Source of the DNA: a virus | Lineage: Duplodnaviria > Caudoviricetes | Reading direction: 5' to 3' (one strand) | IMG/VR virus record: IMGVR_UViG_3300028832_000109 | Location: 32,001 to 96,000 of that record | Length of the DNA: 64,000 nt | Shown here: piece by piece, positions 8,971 to 18,737 of the stretch | Layout of the letters: each line of letters begins with the position of its first letter | Numbering within the stretch: the first letter of the stretch is position 1 | Notes under the pieces: generated by a model | What the model was told of the DNA's origin: nothing | Seen by the model: the letters and a program-made list of their open reading frames with translations, nothing else | The model's database searches: none | Program-made: the position numbers and the translations under genes

Positions 8971-9398
8971 AATATGTGTGAATCCTTCTGAATAAACGGT
9001 AAAATCACCCTGTCGAGCCATTCCTCTCCGGGAAACTCGAATATCTCGTCAATAATCTTCCCCTCGCCGTCAGTGAATATGTTCACCGGGGCGAAATCGA
9101 TGTGCAGGTCGTCGAGGATGGAGCTGTGCTCGGCATCGTCATCGACCACTATTCGTACGGCGCGGCTCTGGTTTTCAAGGAGCCCGTGCTTCCCGAACCA
9201 ACCGTACATCTCTTCAAGGCCATGCTTGCATACGGGGCACTCCTTCTTCGCGTCGAAGAAGCTGAACACCCACATCACTACCCTGGGCGTACTGGGAACG
9301 TCCTTGTATGCGTCCATCCCGTACTTTACGAGGGTATTGCATAGTGGCCTGTAAATCCCGTCGATGAGAACGGGTTCGCCACAGCATGGCTTTGCCAT
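8967..9398 (-). CDS. Thioredoxin-like protein
   Basis: FSFF...ECPVCK (CxxC), DFAPVNIF cis-Pro motif, GEGKII. Confidence 0.7.
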   Translation of the reverse strand: MAKPCCGEPVLIDGIYRPLCNTLVKYGMDAYKDVPSTPRVVMWVFSFFDAKKECPVCKHGLEEMYGWFGKHGLLENQSRAVRIVVDDDAEHSSILDDLHIDFAPVNIFTDGEGKIIDEIFEFPGEEWLDRVILPFIQKDSHIL

Positions 9399-9434
9399 CG
9401 TCGCGCCTCCTTTTGTAGTTAAAACTACAACAAT

Positions 9435-10043
9435 TCACTTTGCCGCGGGGGTGCGGAACAGGCCACGGGTATTATTCTCGTTGAAAATCATCCAGTTTAC
9501 GCCGTTCTCCTTGCACCACGCCTCTGCAGCCTCCCACTTGGCATAGTTGGTCGCCACGTCCAGACTTTTCCGCTGGTACGCGGCCATGCGCTTCTGGTAG
9601 CGGGCATGCTTCTCCGGGTCCTGGCATCCGGGAGGTGGCGGTTTTGGCGGTGTCGGAACCACCGAATAGGCGACCGGTTTGATTTCGATAAGCCATTTCT
9701 CGGTTCGCCCGTCAGTATAGCATATCTCAAGGTATACGTCAGGTCGGTACAGCGACTGCTTCATGAGGGCCGGCGAATAGTAGGATATGTCGAACGGCTC
9801 ATACGCCCATTTCGTCACCAACGGGTTCCCGTCGCACACCTTGAAGAATTCCATCTCCCAGCTAGACTTGTACTTGACGCGGTCAACGCCTTTCGTCATG
9901 TACCTCTCCGGGCGCGTAAGGATATAGTATCCCGAGCGGCAGTCCGTATAGTAGCTATGCTTCTTGCGTGCCCTCGTCGTCTTCCGCGAGCGCGGCTTTC
10001 TGCTATCCGGGGCATTCCCGTTATTTCCGGGGAGATTCGCCAT
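9435..10043 (-). CDS. Head completion nuclease (T4 gp4-like, TnsA-type fold)
   Basis: PERY...YKSSWE..FF..CD.NP.V..WAYEP..I.Y...YRPD...IEIKP...N.AKWEAA..WC; start likely 10043 (track start 10109). Confidence 0.85.
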   Translation of the reverse strand: MANLPGNNGNAPDSRKPRSRKTTRARKKHSYYTDCRSGYYILTRPERYMTKGVDRVKYKSSWEMEFFKVCDGNPLVTKWAYEPFDISYYSPALMKQSLYRPDVYLEICYTDGRTEKWLIEIKPVAYSVVPTPPKPPPPGCQDPEKHARYQKRMAAYQRKSLDVATNYAKWEAAEAWCKENGVNWMIFNENNTRGLFRTPAAK

Positions 10044-10044
10044 A

Positions 10045-11913
10045 TCAACCAACGCTCGCGTACATACGGGCATAGTAGCCCGAAAGTGACTCGCCTTCCG
10101 ACGGGCCATCCCACTTGATGTCCATTATTTTCGCCACGCGCTCGCCATCGAAATCCGAATCTACCCAATAGTTCGACTGTCGGTCTTCCGGGACTGTGCG
10201 CGACGGGATTCTCGCCTTGGTCGTCGGGAAATTCGTAGTGTTTCCTCCCCCGTAGTTTCCGCCCATCTTCCCGACATTCTCGCGGGCATTCCGCAATTCA
10301 TCGACCGTATTCTCGCTTATCGCGTACTGGCCAGCAAAGCGAAGATACTGGTACCATTTCTCGACGAAGTATGTATCCTCGTCGCATCCGGCAGAGACGG
10401 AAAGGCCGATTGCCCGAATCAATTCGTCCTCGCGCTGGGTCAACGGGAGCTGCCCGACGTTGATGTCGTTTTCCCGGTCCGGGGAATCGCTGAACTGGGC
10501 GGCCATGAGTACGGGGTCGTGCCGCATCTCGATTGCCGCATCCCCGGACGCACCCGTGCGCATCTCCTTGGTGTGCCAGGTAACCGCGCCGGTTCCGTCA
10601 AGACCGTAGGTGACCTTGGCGAAGGCGACCCGGTTCTTCGCGCGGCTGTTGCAGGTGCGCAGCCGGTCGAGCAGGTCATCCCACAGCGACTGCATTTCCT
10701 TCGGGGACATGTCGGACGCCATGGCCGCATCCGCACGCATACAGCACTGGTAAATGTCCACCTCGTATGCACGGCGCCAGAAATCCCCGGTAAGACGCAT
10801 GTCCTCGTTGAACTTCTTCACTCGGTTCTTTATCCTCTCGGCGAGAGCGCGGCACGGATATTCGAGACAGTTGACCCACATCTTCATGCTTTCCATCATG
10901 TCGAGTATGCTCATCGTGTATACGGTCTTCCCATCCTTCACCTCTTTCGTGTAAATGAGGAGGCAATCCAGGTGTGTACGCCGCAGCGGTTCCACCATGA
11001 ACGTGACATCCCACTTCTTGCGGAGGAACGTGGCATAGGACTTGATGAGCATGCGGAACGGCTTTATGAATAGCATGAACATGCTGTCTATCGCGAGACT
11101 AATCGCGTCAAACATGATGACGATGTAGTTCTTGATATAGTCGTCAAGGATGGCAGTCAGCCCCGTCGCCAGATTGAGTCCGTCTATGAACCAGAACTTG
11201 TCCCTTATGCAGTGGAGCACGAGGTCAGGCTGGTCGGATATGTTGTTCCCATCGGAATCCTTGTCGCAACCAGTGACGAACGCGACGAAACGGCAGACGC
11301 AGGGGCAGTTCTCGAGGAATTCCTCAAACGCTCCCCACTCGAAGTTGAGCGAAAGTTTCAGCATCCCGGTAAGATATTTCTCAATCATGTCGTATACGTC
11401 TAGTATGCAGCGCAGCACGGAGTCGTTGAGCGACTGCAACGCGGCCTGCATGCTTTCCCTTGCCGTATCAATCTTGTCAAAAAGCGCGAAGGCGGACCTG
11501 GACAACATTTCGAGCCAGGCATCCACCATGCCGAACACGGTAACCACGGCGGAACACATCGACTGCGTGACGGAATTGTTCTGCACCATCTCGCCGACCG
11601 ATATCCCGGACGTTATCCCATTGAGCCGGTTCACTATGCTGTCTACACCGTTTCCTACCGTCTTCAATGACGGGCATACGCGGTACATCCATTCCAGCAA
11701 GTGCGTTGAACAGTCGTAATTGTAGAGAGCATCGGCGGTGTTTCCAACCTTCCCGGCCGCAGCTATCACGGCGTCAAGGAAATCCCCGTCGCCACCTCCC
11801 GGCAGCCCCGCGACTGCAAGGTCGCTGTCGCGCGTGACCCTCTTTCCCTCGCTTCCATCGCCACCGGCATAGGAGGCGCCGTTAATCACTTCCTCGCATG
11901 TCTTAACCGCCAT
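10045..11913 (-). CDS. Cys-rich helical hypothetical protein of baseplate operon
   Basis: 622-aa ORF directly after gp5-like gene. Confidence 0.75.
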   Translation of the reverse strand: MAVKTCEEVINGASYAGGDGSEGKRVTRDSDLAVAGLPGGGDGDFLDAVIAAAGKVGNTADALYNYDCSTHLLEWMYRVCPSLKTVGNGVDSIVNRLNGITSGISVGEMVQNNSVTQSMCSAVVTVFGMVDAWLEMLSRSAFALFDKIDTARESMQAALQSLNDSVLRCILDVYDMIEKYLTGMLKLSLNFEWGAFEEFLENCPCVCRFVAFVTGCDKDSDGNNISDQPDLVLHCIRDKFWFIDGLNLATGLTAILDDYIKNYIVIMFDAISLAIDSMFMLFIKPFRMLIKSYATFLRKKWDVTFMVEPLRRTHLDCLLIYTKEVKDGKTVYTMSILDMMESMKMWVNCLEYPCRALAERIKNRVKKFNEDMRLTGDFWRRAYEVDIYQCCMRADAAMASDMSPKEMQSLWDDLLDRLRTCNSRAKNRVAFAKVTYGLDGTGAVTWHTKEMRTGASGDAAIEMRHDPVLMAAQFSDSPDRENDINVGQLPLTQREDELIRAIGLSVSAGCDEDTYFVEKWYQYLRFAGQYAISENTVDELRNARENVGKMGGNYGGGNTTNFPTTKARIPSRTVPEDRQSNYWVDSDFDGERVAKIMDIKWDGPSEGESLSGYYARMYASVG

Positions 11914-11914
11914 A

Positions 11915-13162
11915 TCAGTAACCTCCCTCGTACGTTTTCAACTTGAGGTACGTCACAAAACGGGTGTCTACAGGGGTAGGCGGCCGATAGGCTACAACGG
12001 TGACCTCGTCAACGTCCGAAGTACGCTTGATATGATTCACGATGTCCAGGAGCTTTCCTACCTGGTAGTCGTTCAGTTCTCCATTCCCGTAGAACATCAC
12101 GCCTATCGCGTCCAGGTTCGGCTTGCCCCGCATGTCGGCACCGAGGGTGCAGTCGTACGACACCTCGGCACACTGGATGAACCCGAGGTTCTTTGCCTGG
12201 GACGGGCTGCCCAGAGAGGAGAGCACATCGGGCTCCCCGTCGCCCAGCCCGACAAGGTAGTGCGCACAGTTCTTCGCGTTGTCGTCGGTATAGTTCGATA
12301 GGAATTCCGCGAGCGGGGACGCGCCCGTAGCCCCGACAATGATACGGCGGTTCCTCTTCCCGGCCCGGCGCTTCGCGGCCGGAGATTCCATGAAGGGTAT
12401 CTCGTAGGTGGAATCCTTCCCGTATATCTCCTTGGTAGGAAGGCCGTCTGTCTCCTCGTCCTTCACCGGCTTGGCAGTAACGACAGCGGCACTCCCGTTT
12501 CCACGAAGCGCATCAATCGTCGCGGAGGAAATGTGCGGGACGCGGAGGTATTCGGAACCCGCGCGGACACCGCTGGCCGGATTGCCTACCGGACGGCAGG
12601 TGAATATGTCTATCGTCTGCTCGGTGAGCACGGAAACCTGGTTTGCCGATTCCTCCGACGAGGCACTGTCCGCGGTAAGCGTCATCTCACCCGCGGCATT
12701 CCATGTGGCTTCTGAGCCGTTTCCCGGATTCTTCACTGTCGACGTGTGCGTGCGGCGGTTGTGCGTGTAGGTGTACCCGCTCTCGCCCATGTTGAGCACG
12801 GCGACGTCCGGGTACTCGGATACATACTTTTCCGGGAGGAACCCCTTGGTCTGGGAGACGCCGTAATACATCCCCTGGTTGATGTCGCCGTCTATGAACT
12901 TGACGAGCAGCCACTGCCCCTGCTGGGGAACCTGCTGCATGCCGGTAGTCAACTGCGGGGCGAACCACGGCTGGTCCTTGTCGGCCCACTTGTCCGTGAC
13001 GCCGCTGATTCTCGCCTGAACGCATCCGGCGCGGTTGGGGTCGACCGACGTGCCGACCACCTGGGCATAGTAATACTCGAACGTTAGGCGGCCCTTCTTC
13101 GCGGTACGCCCCGTATAGTCCGGGTGCCACTCGTGGTTGTTATTCGGCAGCGACTCCATCAT
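11915..13162 (-). CDS. Baseplate spike gp5/VgrG-like protein with C-terminal degenerate amidase_2 domain
   Basis: YYAQVV...DPNRAGCVQARI.G...PW..P...VPQQGQWLLVKFIDGDINQGMY (gp5 OB fold); C-term AHYLVG...N..AIGV..G...Q. Confidence 0.8.
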   Translation of the reverse strand: MMESLPNNNHEWHPDYTGRTAKKGRLTFEYYYAQVVGTSVDPNRAGCVQARISGVTDKWADKDQPWFAPQLTTGMQQVPQQGQWLLVKFIDGDINQGMYYGVSQTKGFLPEKYVSEYPDVAVLNMGESGYTYTHNRRTHTSTVKNPGNGSEATWNAAGEMTLTADSASSEESANQVSVLTEQTIDIFTCRPVGNPASGVRAGSEYLRVPHISSATIDALRGNGSAAVVTAKPVKDEETDGLPTKEIYGKDSTYEIPFMESPAAKRRAGKRNRRIIVGATGASPLAEFLSNYTDDNAKNCAHYLVGLGDGEPDVLSSLGSPSQAKNLGFIQCAEVSYDCTLGADMRGKPNLDAIGVMFYGNGELNDYQVGKLLDIVNHIKRTSDVDEVTVVAYRPPTPVDTRFVTYLKLKTYEGGY

Positions 13163-14499
13163 TTCTTCTCCGAGTTACGTATGTCCTGTGTCATGGCATC
13201 GGCAACGGACATGACCGCCTTGAACTCCGCGCCTTCCGCCCCGGAATATCCGGCGTTGCTCACCATGACGAGTTCGGTCACCATATCCGTCGTGGTCGCC
13301 ATGCGGGCCTTTCCCAGCATGCCGGTGCCTACAGTGGCGTTCTTCGTTATAGTCTTCCCGACAACGATGTACTTGGCGGTATAGTTCTCGTCCGGCAGGA
13401 AGTCGCCCGACTTCACGCGAGGGGATGCGGCATAGAAATGTACGCAGGAACCTACGGGAGGTCCGGGATGGTTGTAAATCTTCAATCGGACGGTCTTGGA
13501 ATATTCGGAGAGCATGAAGCTTCGCACGAACGGGGCTATCGCGTAAGTCTTGTGCGTGTTCGACGGGAACGGCTTCACCACGAACTGCTGCCCGTACGCG
13601 GAATCCTCGAAGTATTCTTGCGAGGCGCCCATGGACGAAAGTACAGCCTGCCAGCACTCGTTGTTGCATACACCGGTATCCTTCGTGGTGCCGGACGCCG
13701 TGCTGTCTATCACCAGGTTGGGCGAGCGGGGTTCCCGGGTCTCCCCGGCATGGTCCGACGGCAAGTACCCGGAATAATACCAGATTCCAGTGTCCGAACC
13801 TTTCAGCTGCTGCATCGCAGAATCGGTAGTCGTCACGGAATCCGTCGTGAACATGAAGAAGTGTTTCTTCTTCGCAGCCTTCGACACGTTGAACGTTCCG
13901 ATGCGGAATCCCATGCGGCTGTCATCAAAAGCCCAGAAGAGAATGTCTCCCGGAATGGACGCGTGTTCCACGACGCCATCCAGGTGGTCCGAAATGCTTC
14001 CTTCCACGAACCGCCAAGTCATGTTGTCGCTGACACCGCCGTTGCCCTTGGCCGGAGAAACCTCGTCGACCACTTCCTCGCCGACGATGGAGAACAGTTT
14101 CGCCATCGCCTCGACGCTAGTCCCGTTGATTGCCACGGGCTCCATCACGCCGTGCAGCGCGTTGTCCCCCAGCAGGAAGCTGAGCGCTATGGAATCGGAG
14201 TCCTGCGAAATTTCGGTACGGACGGCAGATACCACGTAAATCGGAAGCTCGAAGGATTTCGTGCTGCTACCGAGCCCGGTAATAATCATCTTACCGTAGG
14301 TACCGCTTATCGGGTTAGCGGTAGAACCGGACGAACCAACTATGTTCGCCGTGCCGTACGGTAGGCTGTCAAGCGGTATGTTCATGACAAACGCGCTCAC
14401 GGACGCGTCGTTGTACACGACGGCATCGCCATCACCGTGTCCGGATACGGGAAGCGCGAAACTGACCGAATACCTCTCTCCTACCCTGGATTTTCCCAT
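13159..14499 (-). CDS. Baseplate hub protein (gp27-like)
   Basis: Position between gp53-like and gp5-like; C-term PGPPVGS.V.F...ENYTAKYIVVG...TELVM hub motif. Confidence 0.55.
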   Translation of the reverse strand: MGKSRVGERYSVSFALPVSGHGDGDAVVYNDASVSAFVMNIPLDSLPYGTANIVGSSGSTANPISGTYGKMIITGLGSSTKSFELPIYVVSAVRTEISQDSDSIALSFLLGDNALHGVMEPVAINGTSVEAMAKLFSIVGEEVVDEVSPAKGNGGVSDNMTWRFVEGSISDHLDGVVEHASIPGDILFWAFDDSRMGFRIGTFNVSKAAKKKHFFMFTTDSVTTTDSAMQQLKGSDTGIWYYSGYLPSDHAGETREPRSPNLVIDSTASGTTKDTGVCNNECWQAVLSSMGASQEYFEDSAYGQQFVVKPFPSNTHKTYAIAPFVRSFMLSEYSKTVRLKIYNHPGPPVGSCVHFYAASPRVKSGDFLPDENYTAKYIVVGKTITKNATVGTGMLGKARMATTTDMVTELVMVSNAGYSGAEGAEFKAVMSVADAMTQDIRNSEKK

Positions 14500-14942
14500 C
14501 AGTCTTCCTCTTCAGCTTCGGCCAGCGTGTTGTAACGTTCGAGAAACGCGACCGAGGTGTTAGGCGACGGGATGAACAGTATCCTTCCCGGCGTCACGTC
14601 GGTGATGTTCCCGTTGGCCATGTCGTCGTATGCGAGCCAGTCCATCGAGCCCTGCACCCTGCGGTCATCAATCTCGTCGGCCACGTCCTGCACGTCGGCC
14701 GCCTTCACTCCACGTAAAACTAGCTCATTCTCCAATGCTTCCCGGGAAGGACGAATTCCAGGCCGGGTAGCGAACGCATCCACAATTCCGTTAGCCGCGG
14801 CGACAGCCTTGTACGCCCGCGGTTCGCCATACTTTTCCTGGACTATGAGGTCGAGACGGCCAGCAAGATAAGACGGCACCGTAATCGTGTCGACGTATTC
14901 GAACTGCTTGTTCCGCAGGCGCGGGAATTCTTCTTTCGCCAT
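14499..14942 (-). CDS. Baseplate wedge LysM-like protein (gp53-like)
   Basis: GRLDLIVQEKYG....KAVAAANGIVD...PGRILFIP. Confidence 0.75.
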   Translation of the reverse strand: MAKEEFPRLRNKQFEYVDTITVPSYLAGRLDLIVQEKYGEPRAYKAVAAANGIVDAFATRPGIRPSREALENELVLRGVKAADVQDVADEIDDRRVQGSMDWLAYDDMANGNITDVTPGRILFIPSPNTSVAFLERYNTLAEAEEED

Positions 14943-14953
14943 ATCCTACCTCG

Positions 14954-16153
14954 TCACTTCTTCAATTTAGGGTTCGACGTCGCTGAACCGGCCCCGGGGA
15001 CGGCCGCGCGTTTCCCGGACGCGAGCGGCTTGGAATCGGTAGGCTTCCCTGCAGGTCTAGTATTACCTGTAGCGGGAGCCGACGTGGACTGCGCGTTAGT
15101 GTAACCGATGTTGAACACGTCGTCGCCGAGCCAGCGAACAAATCCCTTGTTCGGGTCGGGAAGCATCCACATCGCGAACTGGATGTCCGCCGTCACGAAC
15201 AGCGGAATGTTCGTGCCGTCCGTCGTCATGAACTGCTCCTTGCTCCCGCTGACCTTGACGTTGGTAATCACAAGCGGCTCGATATCAAGGATGTGTCCCA
15301 TCGTCAGGCGAACCGGCATCGGGGCCACCGTGAGGGAACCACCGAAGAACTCGTTGATGTCTATTGCGGTATTCACCAGCTTGTCTATGCTGACCACGCT
15401 GTCCACAGCTTCCAGGCCTTCCGACATGAGGTTCATCGCACCGCCGACAACCGTATTGACGACACCGCCCTCCTCGCCGGGCTCGTTGAAACTGTTAAGC
15501 TGATTGGTGACCGCACTCAGCGCGTTGGCGACCTTGCGGGCATAATTCGTCCGCATGTTCGGGTCGAGGTTCCTCACATAGCACATTTTCAGGAGGCGCG
15601 TGATACCGACGCGGGCCTGCGCCTCCATCTCCGGCATGTACCAGCTGCACTTCACCGTCTTGTTAAAGGCAAACGAGGCCTTGCTGAACGTTTTCATCGT
15701 GCAGGAACCGGTGCTTATGTTGTCCAGCCCCATTGCCCGGGTAAGCGCCGTGCCTACCTTGGCGGCTCCGGCACCCCATGAAGCAAGTTTACCGATGCCA
15801 GGGAACTTGTTGAATTTCTGGGCCATGCCCTCAAAAGTGGCATCCTTGGATTCCACCCAGTTGGCCTGCAAGTCGAACCCGATGTCCCCATTGGCTGCCG
15901 GGTCGAAGAACCCGAGGAACGGCCGGTTTGCGTCGGGTGTCATTATGGAGTTGGCCAGCTCCTGCCGGAATCCGTCCATCATACTATGGAACTTTCCCAG
16001 ATACCTCGCCTTCACGTGCGGCGAAAGCACCTCAATGCGGACAATGTTCGGGTCCGGTAGAGCCGACGAGTGGTACTGCCGGTTTTCCGGGAGTCCCTTG
16101 TTGTCATGCTTCGGGAAAGGCTTGTACCTGGTTATCTTAGTCTTGTCGGCCAT
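14954..16153 (-). CDS. Tail tube initiator (gp48-like)
   Basis: PVRLTMG...LVITNVKVS......G..IPLFVTADIQF; follows tape measure. Confidence 0.6.
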   Translation of the reverse strand: MADKTKITRYKPFPKHDNKGLPENRQYHSSALPDPNIVRIEVLSPHVKARYLGKFHSMMDGFRQELANSIMTPDANRPFLGFFDPAANGDIGFDLQANWVESKDATFEGMAQKFNKFPGIGKLASWGAGAAKVGTALTRAMGLDNISTGSCTMKTFSKASFAFNKTVKCSWYMPEMEAQARVGITRLLKMCYVRNLDPNMRTNYARKVANALSAVTNQLNSFNEPGEEGGVVNTVVGGAMNLMSEGLEAVDSVVSIDKLVNTAIDINEFFGGSLTVAPMPVRLTMGHILDIEPLVITNVKVSGSKEQFMTTDGTNIPLFVTADIQFAMWMLPDPNKGFVRWLGDDVFNIGYTNAQSTSAPATGNTRPAGKPTDSKPLASGKRAAVPGAGSATSNPKLKK

Positions 16154-16156
16154 GCG

Positions 16157-18175
16157 CTAATCCCTCCCTACCATGCTCTCGTTAATCTGTCGCCCCTGCA
16201 GGCGTGCGTTTTCCTCGTTCTGCCTCTGGACATCCGCGTCGGTAAGGGCACGTTTTGAGCCCATATACATGGCATCCTCCATGCGCTTTGCCTGCTCGGC
16301 CGCGGTTTCGACCCGCTCGGGCTCGGCCTTCACCCCCGGTGTTGAGACGGTAGGTGCCGACGTCTGTTCAAGATTACCAGCTGCCAGCTTCGTGTGCCCG
16401 GAACGGTATGACTCGGCGAACCGGTTCATGGCATCTTCGTCCTTAGTATCCACGCCAGCTTCCCTGGCGGCCCTCACTACCTCATATCGCTCCGCTTTGA
16501 GCCGTCTGGATTTTTCAACTGCGGTATCAAGTTCCGCCTCACGCTTTTCAAGCTCTGTTGTGTAGACTTTCTCCCCGGCGACGTTTTCGGTAACGAAGTT
16601 CACAACACCGCCGACCGCCCGGTCGACTATGCCCAATGCCGACGCACTTTCCTTCGCGGCTGCCGCGCGGGCTTCATTCTCAGCCTTGACGGCCTCGATA
16701 GACTCGTTGTTCCACCCATGCTTGTAGCGGTCTAGGGAATCGTTGTTCTTCTTCGTCATCTCCTCGATATGACGCTGGGTCTCGTTACCGGATTTTACCA
16801 AGTCAGCAACAAGGCCAACGCCTTCGGCTATCTTATTTATAGAAGCCAATGCGGCAACGATGAGCGCACCGGTCGCGCCACCCTTGCCCGCACTCTTAAG
16901 ATTGACATTGCTTGTAATAGAGTCAAACAAATCCCCGTCGTTGGCCTTCTTGAAGAATTCCGTACCTTCCCGGTAAAACTCAGGGCGAACCTGCGTGTCC
17001 AGCTTGCGCTGTATGTCGTGCAGCTCCTTGTCATTGGCCTTCTTGAAGAATTCCATACCTTCCCGGTAAAGGTCAGGGCGAACCTGCGTGTCCAGCTTAC
17101 GCTGTATGTCGTGCAGCTCCTTGTCATTGGCATTCTTGAAGAATTCCGTACCTTCCCGGTAAAAGTCAGGGTGAACCTGCGTGTCCGGCTTTCGCTGTAT
17201 GTCGTGCAGCTCCTTGTCATCCGGAGCGGCTCCCGGCCTGCCCGGTGCACGTTCCGGGCGGTCAGCCATATCCTGTGTCCGGACGATGTTGTCATTTGCG
17301 GGAGCCGACGCGCCGAGGTTATCCGAAGCGCGGGCATCTCCGATATCCTTGTGGATGCCCGCATTGCGAGAGCCCATGACGTCGGCCATCCGCATCTCGA
17401 CAAGGTCGTTCATCGGGTCGCGAGAGCGTTCCTCGATACGGTGAGCCGCTTCCTCCATCTTGTCCTGTCGGGCACTGATGGCTTCCAGTATCTCGGTAAG
17501 CTCGTCTTCGGTAGCGTTGTCACGTTTAGCCTTGCGGTATTTCGCCCCGAGCCGCTCAATCGCGCGTGATTCCCTCTTTATTTCCCCGCGGTCCTTGGCA
17601 TCCGCCTTGGCTTCCTTCCTGATGTTACGGTCGGCAATCCAGTTTTTCGCGCTGTTTACGAACCCGAAGCCAAGGCTATCCAGGGCCTTCTCGCCGAATG
17701 TTCGCATGTCGGCGTTGCTGGACAACGCGGCCTTTATCGTGTTTCCTCCAAAGGATTCCCGCAAAGTCTTCTGGAAATCAAATTCTTCGAAAGCCTGTTT
17801 CAGGGCCCGGGCCTGCGTTTCCGCGGCAGTGGCCGGAGTTACCTCGAACGCCTTTGCCCAGAACCCGGCATCCCCGCGCTGCGGCCCTATTTCTCGGTTA
17901 GACTGCTCCAGCGCGGCGCGGTTCTGCGCCATCGCGTCCTCGTAGTAACGACGGTCCGTGTCCACCTGTTTCAGCGACTCGGTCAACTTTGAACCGAGCG
18001 CGGCGAAGAAGTTGCTCGACGGGTCGGACAGTGTGTCGTTGAGGTAATTCACCTCCTCGGTCAACGAGCTCGCGACACCGGACATCCCGTCCAGCTTCCT
18101 TTCGAGCGACTGCAGGGTATCGACAGTAGCCTGTCCCTGCTTGCTCAGCATTTCAAGATTGGTTAAACCCGCCAT
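16157..18175 (-). CDS. Putative tape measure protein
   Basis: 672 aa, helical/coiled-coil, first gene of baseplate operon in canonical TMP position. Confidence 0.6.
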   Translation of the reverse strand: MAGLTNLEMLSKQGQATVDTLQSLERKLDGMSGVASSLTEEVNYLNDTLSDPSSNFFAALGSKLTESLKQVDTDRRYYEDAMAQNRAALEQSNREIGPQRGDAGFWAKAFEVTPATAAETQARALKQAFEEFDFQKTLRESFGGNTIKAALSSNADMRTFGEKALDSLGFGFVNSAKNWIADRNIRKEAKADAKDRGEIKRESRAIERLGAKYRKAKRDNATEDELTEILEAISARQDKMEEAAHRIEERSRDPMNDLVEMRMADVMGSRNAGIHKDIGDARASDNLGASAPANDNIVRTQDMADRPERAPGRPGAAPDDKELHDIQRKPDTQVHPDFYREGTEFFKNANDKELHDIQRKLDTQVRPDLYREGMEFFKKANDKELHDIQRKLDTQVRPEFYREGTEFFKKANDGDLFDSITSNVNLKSAGKGGATGALIVAALASINKIAEGVGLVADLVKSGNETQRHIEEMTKKNNDSLDRYKHGWNNESIEAVKAENEARAAAAKESASALGIVDRAVGGVVNFVTENVAGEKVYTTELEKREAELDTAVEKSRRLKAERYEVVRAAREAGVDTKDEDAMNRFAESYRSGHTKLAAGNLEQTSAPTVSTPGVKAEPERVETAAEQAKRMEDAMYMGSKRALTDADVQRQNEENARLQGRQINESMVGRD
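16941..17219. repeat. Three tandem 93-bp (31-aa) near-identical repeats
   Basis: DKELHDIQRK(P/L)DTQV(H/R)P(D/E)(F/L)YREG(T/M)EFFK(N/K)AN x3; copies 16941-17033, 17034-17126, 17127-17219. Confidence 0.95.
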
Positions 18176-18194
18176 CTACTGACCTCAAATCAGC

Positions 18195-18202
18195 AGTTTA
18201 TA
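18195..18202 (-). promoter_or_regulatory. Late promoter TATAAACT of tape-measure/baseplate operon
   Basis: Motif 19 nt upstream of ATG 18175 with GAGG RBS between. Confidence 0.7.
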
Positions 18203-18215
18203 TGGCGGGAGGAGC

Positions 18216-18704
18216 CTAAATCCGTCTCATGATTTCGGCCAAGGCTGACTTCGGGTCCTTATACAGTATGGCCTGCCCGCCTGCAGCAATGAACCCGTCC
18301 ACGTTCTTGTCCGTGTCGTCGACAAGCAGGCGGTCGGGCCTGGCGAACTTTGCCTTGTCCTCGCCGTGGCGAACGATTATCAGGTGCTCGTTGTCGATAT
18401 CGGTATTCCAGTGGGTCCAGAGGGTCTTTCCCTTGACCCCGGCGGGCATCTCGATTGCCGTGAGAATGCCCATCTCTATTCCGGTAGCGTTGCAAAGCTC
18501 GCGGCACGCCGCGAAGAAGGCATCGGCGCCGGGCATCCACTTCATGTTGGCCCAGAAATCCGGTCCTATCCGTCGGGGAATGTCCCAGTCGATTGCGCTA
18601 GGGCTCTTCCCCGCAAACTTGCGGCATCCGAACTCCTCGACTCGGGAGTCGAAGTCGACCAGAACGCCATCCATGTCAAGATACAGCCGGTTAATGTTAC
18701 CCAT
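18216..18704 (-). CDS. HAD-family 5'(3')-deoxyribonucleotidase-like protein
   Basis: LYLDMDGVLVDF, ILTA, GK..W, LLVDD..KN...F.AAGG. Confidence 0.85.
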   Translation of the reverse strand: MGNINRLYLDMDGVLVDFDSRVEEFGCRKFAGKSPSAIDWDIPRRIGPDFWANMKWMPGADAFFAACRELCNATGIEMGILTAIEMPAGVKGKTLWTHWNTDIDNEHLIIVRHGEDKAKFARPDRLLVDDTDKNVDGFIAAGGQAILYKDPKSALAEIMRRI

Positions 18705-18712
18705 AGGATTCC

Positions 18713-18737
18713 AAATATAGCAAAAACAAAAGTTTAT
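18713..18737 (-). promoter_or_regulatory. Tandem ATAAACT (18731-18737) and TTGCTATATTTG (18712-18723) motifs
   Basis: Both motif classes upstream of nucleotidase gene. Confidence 0.55.

Noticed and set aside
9435-10043. Tn7-like transposon (TnsA)
   Set aside because: Motifs and context fit T4 gp4 head completion nuclease; no TnsB/TnsC or terminal repeats seen
16941-17219. CRISPR array or DGR template/variable repeat
   Set aside because: Copies are contiguous with no spacers, in frame inside a CDS, differences are not adenine-specific, and no RT or cas gene is nearby
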